The position numbers and the translations under genes were made by a program. A DNA stretch of 64,000 nucleotides from Felis catus (Eukaryota), in contig NC_058368.1 in the NCBI RefSeq assembly GCF_018350175.1, positions 213,902,001-213,966,000 on the forward strand, in the 5' to 3' direction. This document shows positions 63,885 to 64,000 of this stretch, one piece after another. Position 1 is the stretch's first letter. Every line of letters starts with the position of its first letter. The notes beneath the pieces are model-generated. The model was not told the DNA's origin. It did not search any database and saw only the letters and a list, made by a program, of their open reading frames with translations.

Positions 63885-64000
63885 GGGGCACCTGGGTGAC
63901 TAAGTCAGTTAAGCATCCATTCTTGATCTGATCTTGATTGGCTTGGGTCATGATCTCACTCGTTGTGAGATTGAGCCCCACCTCGGCTCTGTGCTGGGCA
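63885..64000 (+). mobile_element. CanSINE 5' part (cut by the window end)
   Basis: ggggcacctgggtgactaagtcagttaagcatc...gtcatgatctcac. Confidence 0.9.

Noticed and set aside
1..64000. Prokaryote-type systems (CRISPR arrays, operons), rRNA, snoRNA or a second nested gene
   Set aside because: None recognisable; the window is explained by DROSHA exons, introns and mammalian repeats. Small intronic ncRNAs cannot be excluded without an Rfam/Infernal search

Overview
Mammalian genomic DNA, almost certainly from a felid, judging by its CanSINE/SINEC_Fc-type SINEs and a young cat-type L1. The whole window lies inside the DROSHA (RNASEN, RNase III) gene on the + strand. I traced 16 consecutive GT-AG coding exons (991-1824 to 62185-62292; 2554 nt). 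They splice in frame to give roughly residues 7-858 of the human protein as I recall it: the Pro-rich, RS-rich and central (platform/PAZ-like/connector) regions. The start exon and the RNase III/dsRBD exons fall outside the window. Introns are full of repeats: about 21 CanSINEs, young and old L1 fragments, L2, MIR, MER5, MER20, an MLT1 LTR and a decayed ERVL provirus. Most of the small ORFs in the track are spurious. The most interesting points are: (1) the 111-nt alternative DROSHA exon is an exonised MER5-type hAT MITE whose palindrome forms a 30-bp pri-miRNA-like stem with the 5' splice site at its apex, matching the known DROSHA self-targeting hairpin; (2) a young antisense L1 carries a clear 114-bp 3' transduction; (3) a candidate 31-nt poison micro-exon. 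I found no evidence of a wholly new gene system. Repeat family names come from recalled consensus sequences, and repeat boundaries are approximate.
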